Origin: Eremomyces bilateralis CBS 781.70
Taxonomy: Eukaryota
NCBI GenBank assembly: GCA_010015585.1
Contig: ML975153.1
DNA length: 64,000 bases
Strand: one strand, 5' to 3'
Below, piece after piece: positions 38,074-51,000 of this stretch (within the stretch, counting starts at the first letter, position 1; every line of letters begins with the position of its first letter). The notes under the pieces are model-generated. The model saw only the letters and a program-made list of their open reading frames with translations. It searched no databases and was not told where the DNA came from. The position numbers and the translations under genes were made by a program.

Positions 38074-39935
38074 AGACAGGACCCCCGGTTTGTAACCACC
38101 CCACTTTGTAACCAACTAAACCCCTTCAATCTGGAGATGAGACAGATCAATAAAATACATGTACCACCACACAATCATGCTGTAACTGTGTCGAAATCCC
38201 TCCAGTTAATGAAGAGGCTATAAAGCTCGCGATTCAGGCTTATATTAATAGAGAATTTGACTCTATACATAAGTGCGCGGACCAGTACGGTGTTACCTAC
38301 TCCACGCTCCAAAAGCGCCTCCAAAACGACCGCCAATCGCACCAAATTGGTGCTCAAAAGCTCCAGAAGCTGTCTCCTGTACAAGAACGATATCTAGCGG
38401 AATGGATAGCCCTGGAAGACCGGGCTTCGAATGCCCCCTCCCACGGCAGGGTTCGTCAAATGGCAGAAGCAATTGCCCGCGAAAATGGTGACCACACGCC
38501 TTGCGGGAAGAACTGGGTGGACGGATTCCTCAAGCGAAACCCCCATATAAAAACTATGGTGGGCAAATCAATCGAAGCTTCCCGCGTAAATTGTTCGTCC
38601 AAGGAAATCATAGCGGCCTGGTTCAACCTTCTCCAGAGCCTGATCGACCAGTTTCACATCAAAACGGAGAATATCTGGAATATCGACGAGCACGGGATTG
38701 CGCTTGGGTGCGGCGTAAATGGGCGTGTCTTAGCACCAATACAAGAGAAAAAGATGGGAAAGAACAGCAGGAAAAAGACCTATATCAAGACTCCGGAGGA
38801 CCGCGAATGGGTCTCCGTCATTGAGGCCATTTCAGCCGTTGGCCGCGCGATCTCTCCGCTCATCACCTTCAAGGGCAAAAACCTCCAATCTACGTGGTTC
38901 CCTGCGGATCTCTCGAGCATGAAGGACTGGCATTGGACAGTTTCAGAGAACGCCTGGACGTCAAACGAAATCGGGCTCAAATGGTTGGAGAAGAAGTTCC
39001 TCCCGGAGACCGCACCAAAAGACCGTACGGAATGGCGTCTCCTAATTTGCGATGGGCACGGATCGCACGCGACGGTCGAGTTCATGAAGATGTGCAAGGA
39101 TAATAAGGTAATTGTCCTATATCTCCCTCCCCATTGCTCCCATCTGCTTCAGCCCCTAGATGTCGCTTGTTTTTCGGCCCTGAAGAGTAAATATCGCAAG
39201 GAATTAACCCAATTGAGCTCCCTCGACGACTCTGCCCCAGTTAAGAAGCATAATTTTATAAACATTTATAATAAATCCCGCATTGAAGCTTTGATAAACC
39301 ATAATATCCGCGCTGGGTTCAGAGGCACCGGAATCTGCCCATTCAACCCACACAAAGTATTAAATAGCACCCAATTAAACGAGAACCATACTATACAACG
39401 TCATGTGACCCCAGAGCCCATATATGATTATATATTTAATACACCCAAAGGCCCAAAAGACGTGTATACGGGGAAAAAGTTTGAGGACATGCCTGGACGG
39501 GATTTCAGGGGTTTACAGGGGAAATTGGCCAAGGCACTCTCAAAGAAGAACGTCGAAATCGCAGCACTGAAAGCGCAAGTTGCAAAGCTCGAAAAATCAC
39601 TGGAAGACATAGGCGGATTGTCTAAGAAAAGGAAAAGAGTCCAAGTCGACCAAAATGAGCGATTTGCGACGATTGATCAGATTGTTGCTGCGCAAGAAGA
39701 AGCAAGACAAGCGGAGCTGAAGGAGGCGAAGAAGAAGCCCAAATTTGACGCGCAAAAAATTTCGGACGAGCTGCAAAAAGCAGAATTCGAATCACTTTGC
39801 TCACAGTTTCAGATATAATATATAAATTTCAATATTGGTGGAGTTATTATACAGAATCTATAGTCCTCTGTTGTTGGTGTTGCTGCGTGTGAAGTTGTTA
39901 CAAATCGGGGTGGTTACAAACCGGGGATCCTGTCT
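38074..39935 (+). mobile_element. Fot1/pogo DNA transposon, copy 1 (1862 bp; transposase start codon mutated ATG>ATC)
   Basis: TIR agacaggacccccggtttgtaaccacccc; TA TSD; DDE_1 motifs WNIDEHG, LLICDGHGSH and LQPLDV. Confidence 0.95.
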
Positions 39936-40415
39936 TACAGTACATAAAGTGCTGGAATTACCGGGAGTTTTATTCTGCTGTACATCCATCGCACTCAGTG
40001 GGGATTGGGCAGCTTACTTGGGATTCACCTTGTGATAAATATAAGGTATCAAATTAGGAGCCACGGAGCCTACCCCTGACTGAATGGTTAAATCGATCAA
40101 CAAATGATTTATATCGATGGTGGGATGGAGTAAGAGCTTGTGATGAAATACCGTGTGTGGGTTCGGAATTGACAGACAGAAGTGATCGTCGCTCTTGGAT
40201 TGATTCTTATACTTGTCTATCAACAACTATCAAGGCGAAACTTGCTGCATATCCAAAGGGGGCGCTGTATAGACCATGCATTCCTTGACACGGTAGTCAC
40301 AACTTCGAAAACCCCTTGCCACACTTTCCGCATGAGATTCCTGGGAGAGTCCTGTTGAAAATGGTTACTCTGGGTCTGGTTAGTCCTCAGAAGCTGGACC
40401 AGCATAGTCATCGGC

Positions 40416-42050
40416 TTACCAGTTTGGCATGTCCCCTCCGATCTCCTCCTCTTCCTCGTCAACTTTTATCGCAGTTCCATAGCCAGGACTCTGTTTCTTG
40501 ACCCGAGTGGAACGTCGGGTTGCGCCTGCAGACCCTTCCACGCCCGTCTTCCGTGCTTTCGATCCTTCAGCCGCGAAGCTACTCTTCCTTTTTTTTGACG
40601 CCCTTGCAATGGCGGTCCGGGGTTGCAAACTGCTCGAACTAGCGACCACCTTCCCTTTCCTCCGCTTCCGTCCGGGGTCCGACAAGTCGGCGAGTTCCAC
40701 AAGCTCGGCTGCGGCCAGAATTGTACCCATAAGTTCCTCATGCTTCATGGAATCTGCAGTGTCCACCGATTCCGGTGGTTCAGGTGCTTCTTCGTCGGGA
40801 ATAGAACCAAGATGGTGAGTAACTTGGTCTTCTACCCACTCGCGGATCTTGTAAGTTTTAAACGAACCGGGTGACAGTATTTCGGGGGACCCCGCCTGTC
40901 CCTCTTCAAGGGGGCTGTGACGGCGAGTCTTTATACGTGTAGACACAGGAGAAACTACCGGTTTTGCGTGGCCGCTAGGATCCGGGGTATCGAGCAAAGA
41001 ATCGTGGGTAGTAGGCCCGAAAGGGGTTTGAGAGCTGGCAAGCGCGCGAACGCCCGGTGTCCTGACCTCCGAGGTAGAGAAATTGCCTCGCTGGTTGGGG
41101 ATCTGCGCGTGGATGGGCAGGGGAGTACTGCGGATATTGGACTCTGGCTGGCGGGGGGGTAAATGAGGCACATATGAGTTGTGGATAGCAGAAGGCTGGG
41201 TAGACGAAGGCTGCGACTGGTTTTGCTGTCCAGAGAACACATCCGGGGAAGTGCTGAAGAACATAGTGGGCGGGGTGTAGGCTGCGAAGCTGTAGTGCGG
41301 ACCGTGTTGAGGAGCCGGCGGAGGTAGATAGTCCTGAGGCCTCATAGGATCGTACAAGTAGTAAAAAGGCCCATAAGAAATGGGAGACTGAAACCCCTGA
41401 GGAGCAAAGTGATTTTGAATGCCTGGCGCAGGGACAGTAGGCATAGAGGCAGACACGCCAGACGGATGAACGGCCGACGTAGGGGCAATCGGCACAGACT
41501 GGGGCCCACTAGGCAGATGAACAACTGACGTAGGGGTAGCGGGAATAGAGGCAGACACGCCGGTAGGATGAATGACCGATGCAGGGGCAATATGCACGGA
41601 CTGAGGACCGCCAGGCGGATGAACGGCCGACCCAGGGACAGCGGGAATATAGGCAGACACAGGCGGATGAACAACCGACGGAGGGAGAACAGGCGTAGAT
41701 CCAGACACGCCAGGCGGATGGACGGGCGGCGCAGGAGCAATAGGCGCAAACATGGACAAGCCAGGCGGATGGACAGCCGGCGCAGGGACAATAGGCGTAG
41801 ACTGAGACATGCCAGGCAGATGAACTCCTGGCGGAGAGGTGCCAGGCGGAGGGTTGCCATGCGGAAGAACTCTCGACAGGGAGGTACCAGGCGGAGGGTT
41901 TCCAGGAGGAAGGTTTCCGGGCGAAAGGTTTCCAGGCGGAAGGTTTCCAGGCGGAAGGTTGCCCGACGGAGGTGGTGCTAAGGTAAATAAGTTCACTGTG
42001 TACCATGTACTGAATAGGATTTGAGGGAGTTTACCTGCAGTATTGTCCAT
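40416..42050 (-). CDS. Proline-rich low-complexity protein of unknown function
   Basis: 544-aa ORF with PPGNL and VHPPG repeats and a basic C-terminal region. May be spliced at the ends. Confidence 0.45.
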   Translation of the reverse strand: MDNTAGKLPQILFSTWYTVNLFTLAPPPSGNLPPGNLPPGNLSPGNLPPGNPPPGTSLSRVLPHGNPPPGTSPPGVHLPGMSQSTPIVPAPAVHPPGLSMFAPIAPAPPVHPPGVSGSTPVLPPSVVHPPVSAYIPAVPGSAVHPPGGPQSVHIAPASVIHPTGVSASIPATPTSVVHLPSGPQSVPIAPTSAVHPSGVSASMPTVPAPGIQNHFAPQGFQSPISYGPFYYLYDPMRPQDYLPPPAPQHGPHYSFAAYTPPTMFFSTSPDVFSGQQNQSQPSSTQPSAIHNSYVPHLPPRQPESNIRSTPLPIHAQIPNQRGNFSTSEVRTPGVRALASSQTPFGPTTHDSLLDTPDPSGHAKPVVSPVSTRIKTRRHSPLEEGQAGSPEILSPGSFKTYKIREWVEDQVTHHLGSIPDEEAPEPPESVDTADSMKHEELMGTILAAAELVELADLSDPGRKRRKGKVVASSSSLQPRTAIARASKKRKSSFAAEGSKARKTGVEGSAGATRRSTRVKKQSPGYGTAIKVDEEEEEIGGDMPNW

Positions 42051-43723
42051 GGTGAATGGTCGGGAATCAGACTACGAAGGAAAATGTAGAAGCAATCGAG
42101 AGGAAGACAACTACTATGAGAGAATTAAGAGGAACAGATCGACTGTGAGAGAATGGAAAGGAAGAGAATGGAGATCTGACTGGGGGGTTCTGCCGCCCGA
42201 TTTGATGGACCTGAAAGCGGAAGTCACGATAGACCGAAACAGCAGGCACGACGTTACAATAGAATTTACCTTGAATCTCCTCCACGTCACATGCACAGAC
42301 AATTGCCGCTGTCTACGTCGTCCGAAGCAGTCGAAAGAGAACCGAGACGCACTGAATTGGATATACCGGTAACCATCTCTAGGTTTAATGACGCGGATGT
42401 GAAGGTCCTCATGGAACTAACAGACCATCCCACACTACACTGCATGTCCTTGTACCAATATCGAAGCTGCTAATGGAACCCATGGTCGACTCCGGGCAGG
42501 TAATTTTTGGAGGAGCCGTCCACCACGCGGTATAGACCGTATCGAAGTACGGGCTGCACGAGGAAGGCCGAGATCCGATGCATCTGACCCCCGCACAACT
42601 GAACTTTGAGTTGGCGACTAACGAGGCATACGACTTCAACCGGTTCGCAAATGAAATCCTGATGAACGGAAAGGGATAAAAGAGAGGCGTTGGAGGATGG
42701 CCATCGAGCATGTCAAGCAGTACGTGACACTATGCTAATGAAATCAGGACTGTGAAAAGTATGCGAACGTAGATGATTTTTTGACCATCGTCGGGTAGGA
42801 ACATGCGAAAGAGGCAAAAAGATAGTCTAAGTGCGGTACGTATCCAAGAGTTCTAAATCGGACTTGTCCAAGGATTGAGACTCGCGGATGCTAGAGTTAT
42901 GCCACGGCTCAACCAAGGAGACGCCCCGATGCCAGCAATGCGATAAGAGAGAAAGCTGCAGATGTGGTCAAAGAAGATGCCGTGTATTGAGTCTGTAGAG
43001 ATTTGGTATCATCCGGGTGGAAGAAATTGAGGGCCCTTCACCTTTGACGTACTCCCGTAGCCGACGAGATATCTCGATGAAGTGGTCGTGATATTGGAAC
43101 ATGTCGTTGAGAAGAATAGGAGGGTAAAATGGTAGGTGCTGCATCCCGTACCTCATGGCTCATGCCGTCATGCGATACCTATATGCATCTGGAATTAATT
43201 TCTGTAAGAGATAGATCAGTAATATCATTGAGAATTTCGGCGGATACCGAGTTCCGTTAGTTGGAAGGGATAAATCCAAATTGACTTTTGGAATACAAAT
43301 GTGCTTGAAGTTTTCTGTCAAAGTTCGTGTCATTATCTAACTTAGTTAATGGATCTAACTTAACTAAGTTAGTTAAGTTAAGTTAGTTACCAATTAGTTA
43401 CCACCAAATATCTGATTAGTTACCTTATTTCCGGCCCGGGTACTAGTCTCCTCCCGCCCTCCACCACACGGTCCACTCTACCAAGTTCCAACTCCTGTCC
43501 CGCAAACTAACAAATAGTTAAGACGTCCGTTGTATCCCCGCATTTGACCTCCTCTCTCGCTTTCTCAGACCCGAGGACTGCTCGCATATCTGACTATCCT
43601 CGAGAGCCTCGGCCGTAAAAGTGGTCGATGCCAGCAATAAAACATCATGATATTGATTCTATCCATTACTAACATACAGCATTAATTTCTAGCACAGTGA
43701 AACAAGCCAAATACGCCTTCACC

Positions 43724-45606
43724 ATGCCCAACCGTCCCATCCGCATCGTCGGCATTTCCGGCAGCGCTAGCGACCGTCGCGATGCGATGGCTGCCGTCGC
43801 TGCCTCGTATCCCTCGGATCCCATCGACGTGATCATTGGTGACTGGATGTCCGAAGGAAATATGACCTCCCGCGCCGCGTCCAAGGTCGACGGCACCGGC
43901 GACACGTTCGAGACGACGTTCCTCGAAGCATTCGAGCCGGCGATTGAGAACATCGCGAAACATAAGATCAAAGTGGCGGTCAACGCCGGGGCGACGGGTA
44001 CGCTGGCGTTACGTGACGTCGTGGTGAAGATGGTGGAGGAGCGGAAGCTAGACCTCAAGGTGGCGTGGGTGGAGGGAGACGAGTGTCTGGAGGCGGTGAC
44101 GCAGGGCCTCCAGGGCGGAAGCAAGTTCGAGAATATCTGCACGGGGGAAGAGCTAGGGAACTGGAAGTTCGAGCCGATTTTCGCGCAGGCGTATCTCGGT
44201 GGGTTGGGAATCGCGGAGGCGTTCCGAAAGGGCGCGGACATTGTGATCTGTGGACGGGTCAGCGACGCGTCGCCTGTTATCGGAGCCGCATACTGGTGGC
44301 ACAATTGGAAGCGTGACAATTTGGATCAACTGGCCAATGTCCTTGTCGGTGGCCATCTGATCGAATGCTCGTCCTATGTCTGTGGCGGTAACTTCAGCGG
44401 CTTCAAAGTGCTCGAAGGGTCTACCGGCTGGGACGACATTGGCTACCCAATCGCCGAGATCTCGTCTTCCGGCGAAGTCATCATCACGAAGACCGCGGGC
44501 TCCAAAGGCGCCGTCACTGTTGACACATGCAGTTCTCAGCTCCTCTACGAAATCCAAGGTCCGTGGTATTACAACTCCGACGTCACCGCCATCCTTTCGA
44601 ACCTTTACTTCGAGCACGTCGGCGCGAATCGCGTCGCACTCCGCGGCGTAGAGTCTGCCCCTCCGCCACCCACCACTAAAGTCGGCATCACCGCTCGAGG
44701 CGGTTTCCAAGCCGAAGTCCATTGGTCCCTCGTGGGTCTCGACATCCCCGAAAAGTCACGGATGCTCGAATCCCAAATCCGCCGCCTTCTCGCCCCGTAC
44801 TCCTCCAAGTTCTCTCTCCTGAAGTTCACCACCAACGGCGTCGCCGACCCCGATGCCTCCAACCAATCCGCCGCGACCGTCGACTTCCGTGTCGTCGCCC
44901 AAGCCCCCAACGCTGACGACCTCTCCCCTCAGAAGTTCGTCCGACCGTGCCTCGACTGTATGATGTCCGCCCCGCCCGGCGCCACCACGCACTTCGACCT
45001 ACGCACCGGCTTCCCCCGGCCCATCTACGAATACTACGTGACGCTGCTCCCGCAGTCGGCGGTGCGCCACCAGGTGCATTTCCACACGGGAGAGAGCGCG
45101 GAGATCCCGCCGCCGCCAGTGACACGCACGTGGGATCGCCAGCAGCCGAGCGAGCCGGCGACGGCGATACCGGTGGATTTGCGAAGCTTTGGGGAGACGA
45201 CGCGGGGGCCGCTAGGGTGGGTGGTGCATGGGCGGAGCGGGGATAAGGGGAGCAATGCTAATGTTGGGTTCTGGGTGCGGCATGCGGATGAGTATTCGTG
45301 GTTGCGGACGCTATTGAACGTGGAGAAGATCCAAGAGCTATTAGGGGACGAGTACAAGCAGAGGAACAAAATCGTAAGTGTCGACGTGGAGAATCGTCTG
45401 GAGTTATAGCATGCTAACCGTTGGGCTACCAGGACCGATTTGAGCTCCCGAACGGACGTGCGGTTCACTTCTTGCTGCATGATCATCTGGACCGCGGGTT
45501 CAGCTGCTCTAGCACGTACGATGTGCTCGGGAAGAACGTTGCTGAGTACCTTCGCAATCGACATATCGATATTCCCGTGAAGTTCTTGGCGCGGAAAAAG
45601 CTGTGA
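43724..45606 (+). CDS. DUF1446 / acyclic terpene utilisation AtuA-like protein
   Basis: IIGDWMSE, GADIVICGRVSDAS, GHLIECS...GGNF, QLLYEIQG, HGRSGDKG.NANVG and D.LGKN.AE. Intron at 45374-45432. Confidence 0.9.
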
Positions 45607-45671
45607 ATGTACAGTACATGTCATCTGGGAGAATTGGCTGGGATTAGAATAAAGGGTTGCCATTGCTGATA

Positions 45672-47533
45672 AGACAGGACCCCCGGTTTGTAACCACCCC
45701 GATTTGTAACCACTTCACACGCAGCAACACCAACAACAGAGGACTATAGATTCTGTATAATAACTCCACCAATATTGAAATTTATATATTATATCTGAAA
45801 CTGTGAGCAAAGTGATTCGAATTCTGCTTTTTGCAGCTCGTCCGAAATTTTTTGCGCGTCAAATTTGGGCTTCTTCTTCGCCTCCTTCAGCTCCGCTTGT
45901 CTTGCTTCTTCTTGCGCAGCAACAATCTGATCAATCGTCGCAAATCGCTCATTTTGGTCGACTTGGACTCTTTTCCTTTTCTTAGACAATCCGCCTATGT
46001 CTTCCAGTGATTTTTCGAGCTTTGCAACTTGCGCTTTCAGTGCTGCGATTTCGACGTTCTTCTTTGAGAGTGCCTTGGCCAATTTCCCCTGTAAACCCCT
46101 GAAATCCCGTCCAGACATATCCTCAAACTTTTTCCCCGTATACACGTCTTTTGGGCCTTTGGGTGTATTAAATATATAATCATATATGGGCTCTGGGGTC
46201 ACATGACGTTGTATAGTATGGTTCTCGTTTAATTGGGTGCTATTTAATACTTTGTGTGGGTTGAATGGGCAGATTCCGGTGCCTCTGAACCCAGCGCGGA
46301 TATTATGGTTTATCAAAGCTTCAATGCGGGATTTATTATAAATGTTTATAAAATTATGCTTCTTAACTGGGGCAGAGTCGTCGAGGGAGCTCAATTGGGT
46401 TAATTCCTTGCGATATTTACTCTTCAGGGCCGAAAAACAAGCGACATCTAGGGGCTGAAGCAGATGGGAGCAATGGGGAGGGAGATATAGGACAATTACC
46501 TTATTATCCTTACACATCTTCATGAACTCGACCGTCGCGTGCGATCCGTGCCCATCGCAAATTAGGAGACGCCATTCCGTACGGTCTTTTGGTGCGGTCT
46601 CCGGGAGGAACTTCTTCTCCAACCATTTGAGCCCGATTTCGTTTGACGTCCAGGCGTTCTCTGAAACTGTCCAATGCCAGTCCTTCGTGCTCGAGAGATC
46701 CGCAGGGAACCACGTAGATTGGAGGTTTTTGCCCTTGAAGATGATGAGCGGAGAGATCGCGCGGCCAACGGCTGAAATGGCCTCAATGACGGAGACCCAC
46801 TCGCGGTCCTCCGGAGTCTTGATATAGGTCTTTTTCCTGCTGTTCTTCCCCATCTTTTTCTCTTGTATTGGTGCTAAGACACGCCCATTTACGCCGCACC
46901 CAAGCGCAATCCCGTGCTCGTCGAAATTCCAGATATTCTCCGTTTTGATGTGAAACTGGTCGATCAGGCTCTGGAGAAGGTTGAACCAGGCCGCTATGAT
47001 TTCCTTGGACGAACAATTTACGCGGGAAGCTTCGATTGATTTGCCCACCATAGTTTTTATATGGGGATTTCGCTTGAGGAATCCGTCCACCCAGTTCTTC
47101 CCGCAAGGCGTGTGGTCACCATTTTCGCGGGCAATTGCTTCTGCCATTTGACGAACCCTGCCGTGGGAGGGGGCATTCGAAGCCCGGTCTTCCAGGGCTA
47201 TCCATTCCGCTAGATATCGTTCTTGTACAGGAGACAGCTTCTGGAGCTTTTGAGCACCAATTTGGTGCGATTGGCGGTCGTTTTGGAGGCGCTTTTGGAG
47301 CGTGGAGTAGGTAACACCGTACTGGTCCGCGCACTTATGTATAGAGTCAAATTCTTTATTAATATAAGCCTGAATCGCGAGCTTTATAGCCTCTTCATTA
47401 ACTGGAGGCATTTCGACACAGTTACAGCATGATTGTGTGGTGGTAGATGTATTTTATTGATCTGTCTCATCTCCAGATTGAAGGGATTTAGTTGGTTACA
47501 AAGTGGGGTGGTTACAAACCGGGGGTCCTGTCT
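45672..47533 (-). mobile_element. Fot1/pogo DNA transposon, copy 2 (1862 bp, intact)
   Basis: Same TIRs and TA TSD as copy 1, in inverted orientation. Confidence 0.95.
45789..47411 (-). CDS. Fot1/pogo transposase (HTH + DDE_1), 540 aa
   Basis: Intact ORF with an HTH N-terminus, GKNWVDGFLKR, and the catalytic triad WNFDE / ICDGHGSH / QPLD. Confidence 0.95.
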   Translation of the reverse strand: MPPVNEEAIKLAIQAYINKEFDSIHKCADQYGVTYSTLQKRLQNDRQSHQIGAQKLQKLSPVQERYLAEWIALEDRASNAPSHGRVRQMAEAIARENGDHTPCGKNWVDGFLKRNPHIKTMVGKSIEASRVNCSSKEIIAAWFNLLQSLIDQFHIKTENIWNFDEHGIALGCGVNGRVLAPIQEKKMGKNSRKKTYIKTPEDREWVSVIEAISAVGRAISPLIIFKGKNLQSTWFPADLSSTKDWHWTVSENAWTSNEIGLKWLEKKFLPETAPKDRTEWRLLICDGHGSHATVEFMKMCKDNKVIVLYLPPHCSHLLQPLDVACFSALKSKYRKELTQLSSLDDSAPVKKHNFINIYNKSRIEALINHNIRAGFRGTGICPFNPHKVLNSTQLNENHTIQRHVTPEPIYDYIFNTPKGPKDVYTGKKFEDMSGRDFRGLQGKLAKALSKKNVEIAALKAQVAKLEKSLEDIGGLSKKRKRVQVDQNERFATIDQIVAAQEEARQAELKEAKKKPKFDAQKISDELQKAEFESLCSQFQI

Positions 47534-48075
47534 TATTTGCTTTTTTTCAAATGAAAACCGCCCATATAGGTTGACGCATAGCATACGCTGTGATGGCGGA
47601 CATGATGCGATAGGATACATAGTAAGTTGATAACGCCTCTAACCATGGCAAGGAGATTTACACTCGGATCTTTACACGTAATTCCCGGGGTGAGGCAGCA
47701 AGGCGACAAGACAGCAACCCGTTTTCTCCCAGCCCGTTGTCGATCTCCTGCGCAATTGACGATCGGTACGGGATCAGGCCTATTGATGGATTTAACCCTT
47801 TACTTCAGCTATTGTTCTCTTTCTTTCCTATCCATCCTCAATTTTCTTGCAACGACTATACCTTGACCCATCGGACCATCTCGAGTTCTCGAATCTCCAA
47901 GCATCCAGCGCAGTGGTAATTACATAGTAGACATGAGCTCACCCTGCTGATGGAACGAGCCCCTGACCGAACCCCGGACCTGCATGGGACTACACTGGAT
48001 TGGCTTCGTTTCCGACTCCGACGTTACTCCCCGCCCGTTTCGTCTAAAACGTAGTCTTTTTCTTTTCGCTTCTCG

Positions 48076-51000
48076 ATGACTTCGACTTTGCAATATACCC
48101 TGTTTCCGGCTCCAAAGTTCCACCCTCCCTACCATGTGCTGCAGACGGGTACGCACAGCAGAGAGCATAGCTTGACCAGCTCGTCAACCACCAGGCCTCC
48201 GCAATTGTTGTGTCCCAGTCCCGACATGCCGTCCACCTCGACCACCACGTATCTCGACACCACCCTCCACACTCTCCCGCCCTCTCTCCCCTCGCCGACC
48301 TTCACCAACCCCGACCTTATCCTCCCTGATATATCCCATCTTTCCCGCTCCGCATCCACGCCGTCTCCACCCCCATCCGCCGACCTCCCACCGTCGCCGT
48401 CGCATCTGGTGCGCCAGCTCAAATCGCAGCCCTCAACTCTCTATAACGCGCCACGGTCCGCTGCCCCCGCGCCACCCACCACGTTCAACTTCTCGTTCGG
48501 TGAGCGACGGAGCCATTCCGCGCTGGGAGTGCGCACGCGGACGCCATCTGTCGCGCGACCGGGAGGACGACCCCTGAGCGACATCGAGGAAGTGGACGTC
48601 GCCAATCCTCGGGGGTTCGCCGGGCTTCCGGTCCGGACAGGGGTCGCGTTCGATCCCAATTCGACATCGCGCGATGCAACCAACGGCGCGGATCAGGGAG
48701 CAATTAGAAATGGGTTTGCGAGCGGGTTTTGGAAGGCGCGCGAGGAGAGGTTGCGGGAATCAGAGGGCGCGACGGGACATCAGAGGGCGCTGAGCGATGC
48801 GTCGAGCTCGGTGCATAGCGATGATCTAGAGAATATGGAGTGGCCGGGTTTTGACAGCATGGTTGAAGAAGAGGATGATAAGAATCCCGCCAAGGAGAAG
48901 CCGTCGAAGCAGGTGAAACCGTCAGGGAGCGATGACGAGGCGGAGTGGAGCGATCCGCAGATGCGAGGGGACGAGGATGATGAGGATTCGTCGGCGAGCT
49001 TGAGCAGACGAGCGGATATTATCCTGGCTAACGCGAAGAAGAGGCTAAACGTAAGCATTCTCTCCCGCCGGTTCAACGAGATATGAACTAATGTACATGT
49101 AGCTGATGGAAGGCAATCTTCGCGGCGCGCGTCACTCTCTTCTGGTCACTCCCGCGAGGTCCTCGAGCCCAAACCAGCCTCTATTCAATCCCTCCCGACA
49201 TTCAACAATCGGACCTTTGGGGAACAAATCTCGTCAATACTCCTCCCCACTAGCAACAAGCACAGCCTCCCAGCGCCATTCCCGTGTTTACAGCGAAACC
49301 ATCGTTCCTCCCCTCCCCTCCCCAACGCACTCTCCGCAGAACTCCCGAGGCAACATTGTTAAAGAGACAAGGTCGACCAGCGCGCTGGCGGCATCCTCAA
49401 TCGACTCGTTCATGGATCGGAACCTTGCGATCCGTAATGCTCGAAGCCACGAAGTCATGCGAGATAGCCGGCTACGCAACTGGGTTATGAGCGAAGATCG
49501 CCAGTACCATACCTCGACTCCGTCTTCGCCACCACCGGCCCTCCCACAGCTTCAGTATTCTTCGAAACCTAGCAATTCGAGTCTCCGTCATGCCCAAGAA
49601 CCGCTACCGGAGTCAAAAGACGCCTACTCCCCTCAGGTGCAATTGACTCCGTCACCTGGAGCGCCAGCGGCTCCGACCAAGGCTTCTTCAAATAATACCT
49701 CTCATCCTCGCGTTTCTCATACCCATACCTCATCCACGACCAGCACCGCCTCCTCTCTGCAACTTCAAATGCAAGATCTCAAGGGCCGGATCTCCTCGCT
49801 CAAGCGGCGCGCTGCCGAGGAGAAATCCAAGCGCTACAGCCTACAGGCCGCGCGGACTCCATCCCCAATCAATACCGCCGAGACGTGGTATCAAAGCGCC
49901 GAGACCTACCGCAGCGGGACCTGGGGCATTGGGCAAGATGCCGGGATCGGCTGGAGTATGAGCACCGCGGGATTCCGGCCCGAATCGGCGATGAGCGGGA
50001 CGCAAGGGGAGATGACGGGACCGCCGGTGGGCGTGGTGACGCCGGCGGCGCATTCGCGGCAGACGAGCCGATCGGGCGTCAGCTTCCTCGAGGATTCGTC
50101 GATCGAAGTGAAGAGTCAGGTGGGGAGTGCACAGGGCTCCAATGTCGAGTCCGCGGGAGGGTCGGCTGTGAAGGTCGGGGCAGCGGAGGAACGGCCGAAG
50201 ACGGTGGTCGAGGTTGGGGGACGGATGTTTCCTTTGAAGAGCGGGTCGAGCCGGTCGACGTCGAGAAGTTCGTCTAAGCAGCCCCTGATTATAGCGGCGC
50301 TAGCTGCGCCCGAGGTACAGCTGCCTTCGTCCGAAGTTCAGGAAGAGGTGGTGGAGGAGACCGAGCAAACGGCTGAAAAAGAGACCCAGCAGTCATTCCT
50401 TGATGGTCCAGAGGAAACTAGAAGCGATTCTACTACGATATCAGTCGAAGAAGAACCGCCCACCCTTCCTGTATCCGAGCCTGAAGTAGAGGTCGAAGTC
50501 GATCAAGAACAAGACGATCTTGATGAAGACACAGCTGATGAAGACTCTGAATCGGAGTATGAATCAGCATACGGAGATCCGCTTCACTCCGACCCTCTCA
50601 ATGGCGAAGAGGACGCACTGGCCCTTCTTGACGCAGAGGAGGCCGAGCATGGCGGGCCTGTCATCGCACCACGCCACGAAGACCGTGCGGATGCATTTGA
50701 CTATGAAAATTTTTTCCTGCATTCCGCCATGGGCACCTACTCGCGAGAGCGGAGAAACAGCAGTGACAGCTGGCGGAGCGGTAGCGGCAGCGAGAGCGAC
50801 ACTGGAAGCGATGGCACTGCCCGAGCTCCCAGTGTTAGGGGCGATGTGGAAGCTCGAGAGACTGAGAGCGACCACTCCACCGAACCACCGACTCCACGCG
50901 CCGTCCCGCCCCAACCCGCTCGCCCTATCACTGCCATCTTCACCCACGTACCCGGAAGCAGTCCCACGAAGCCAGGGTTAACTCCTTCCTCCACCCTTGC

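Noticed and set aside
42291..43156. Possible gene between the Pro-rich ORF and the DUF1446 gene
   Set aside because: Only short interrupted ORFs on both strands, and no product can be supported.
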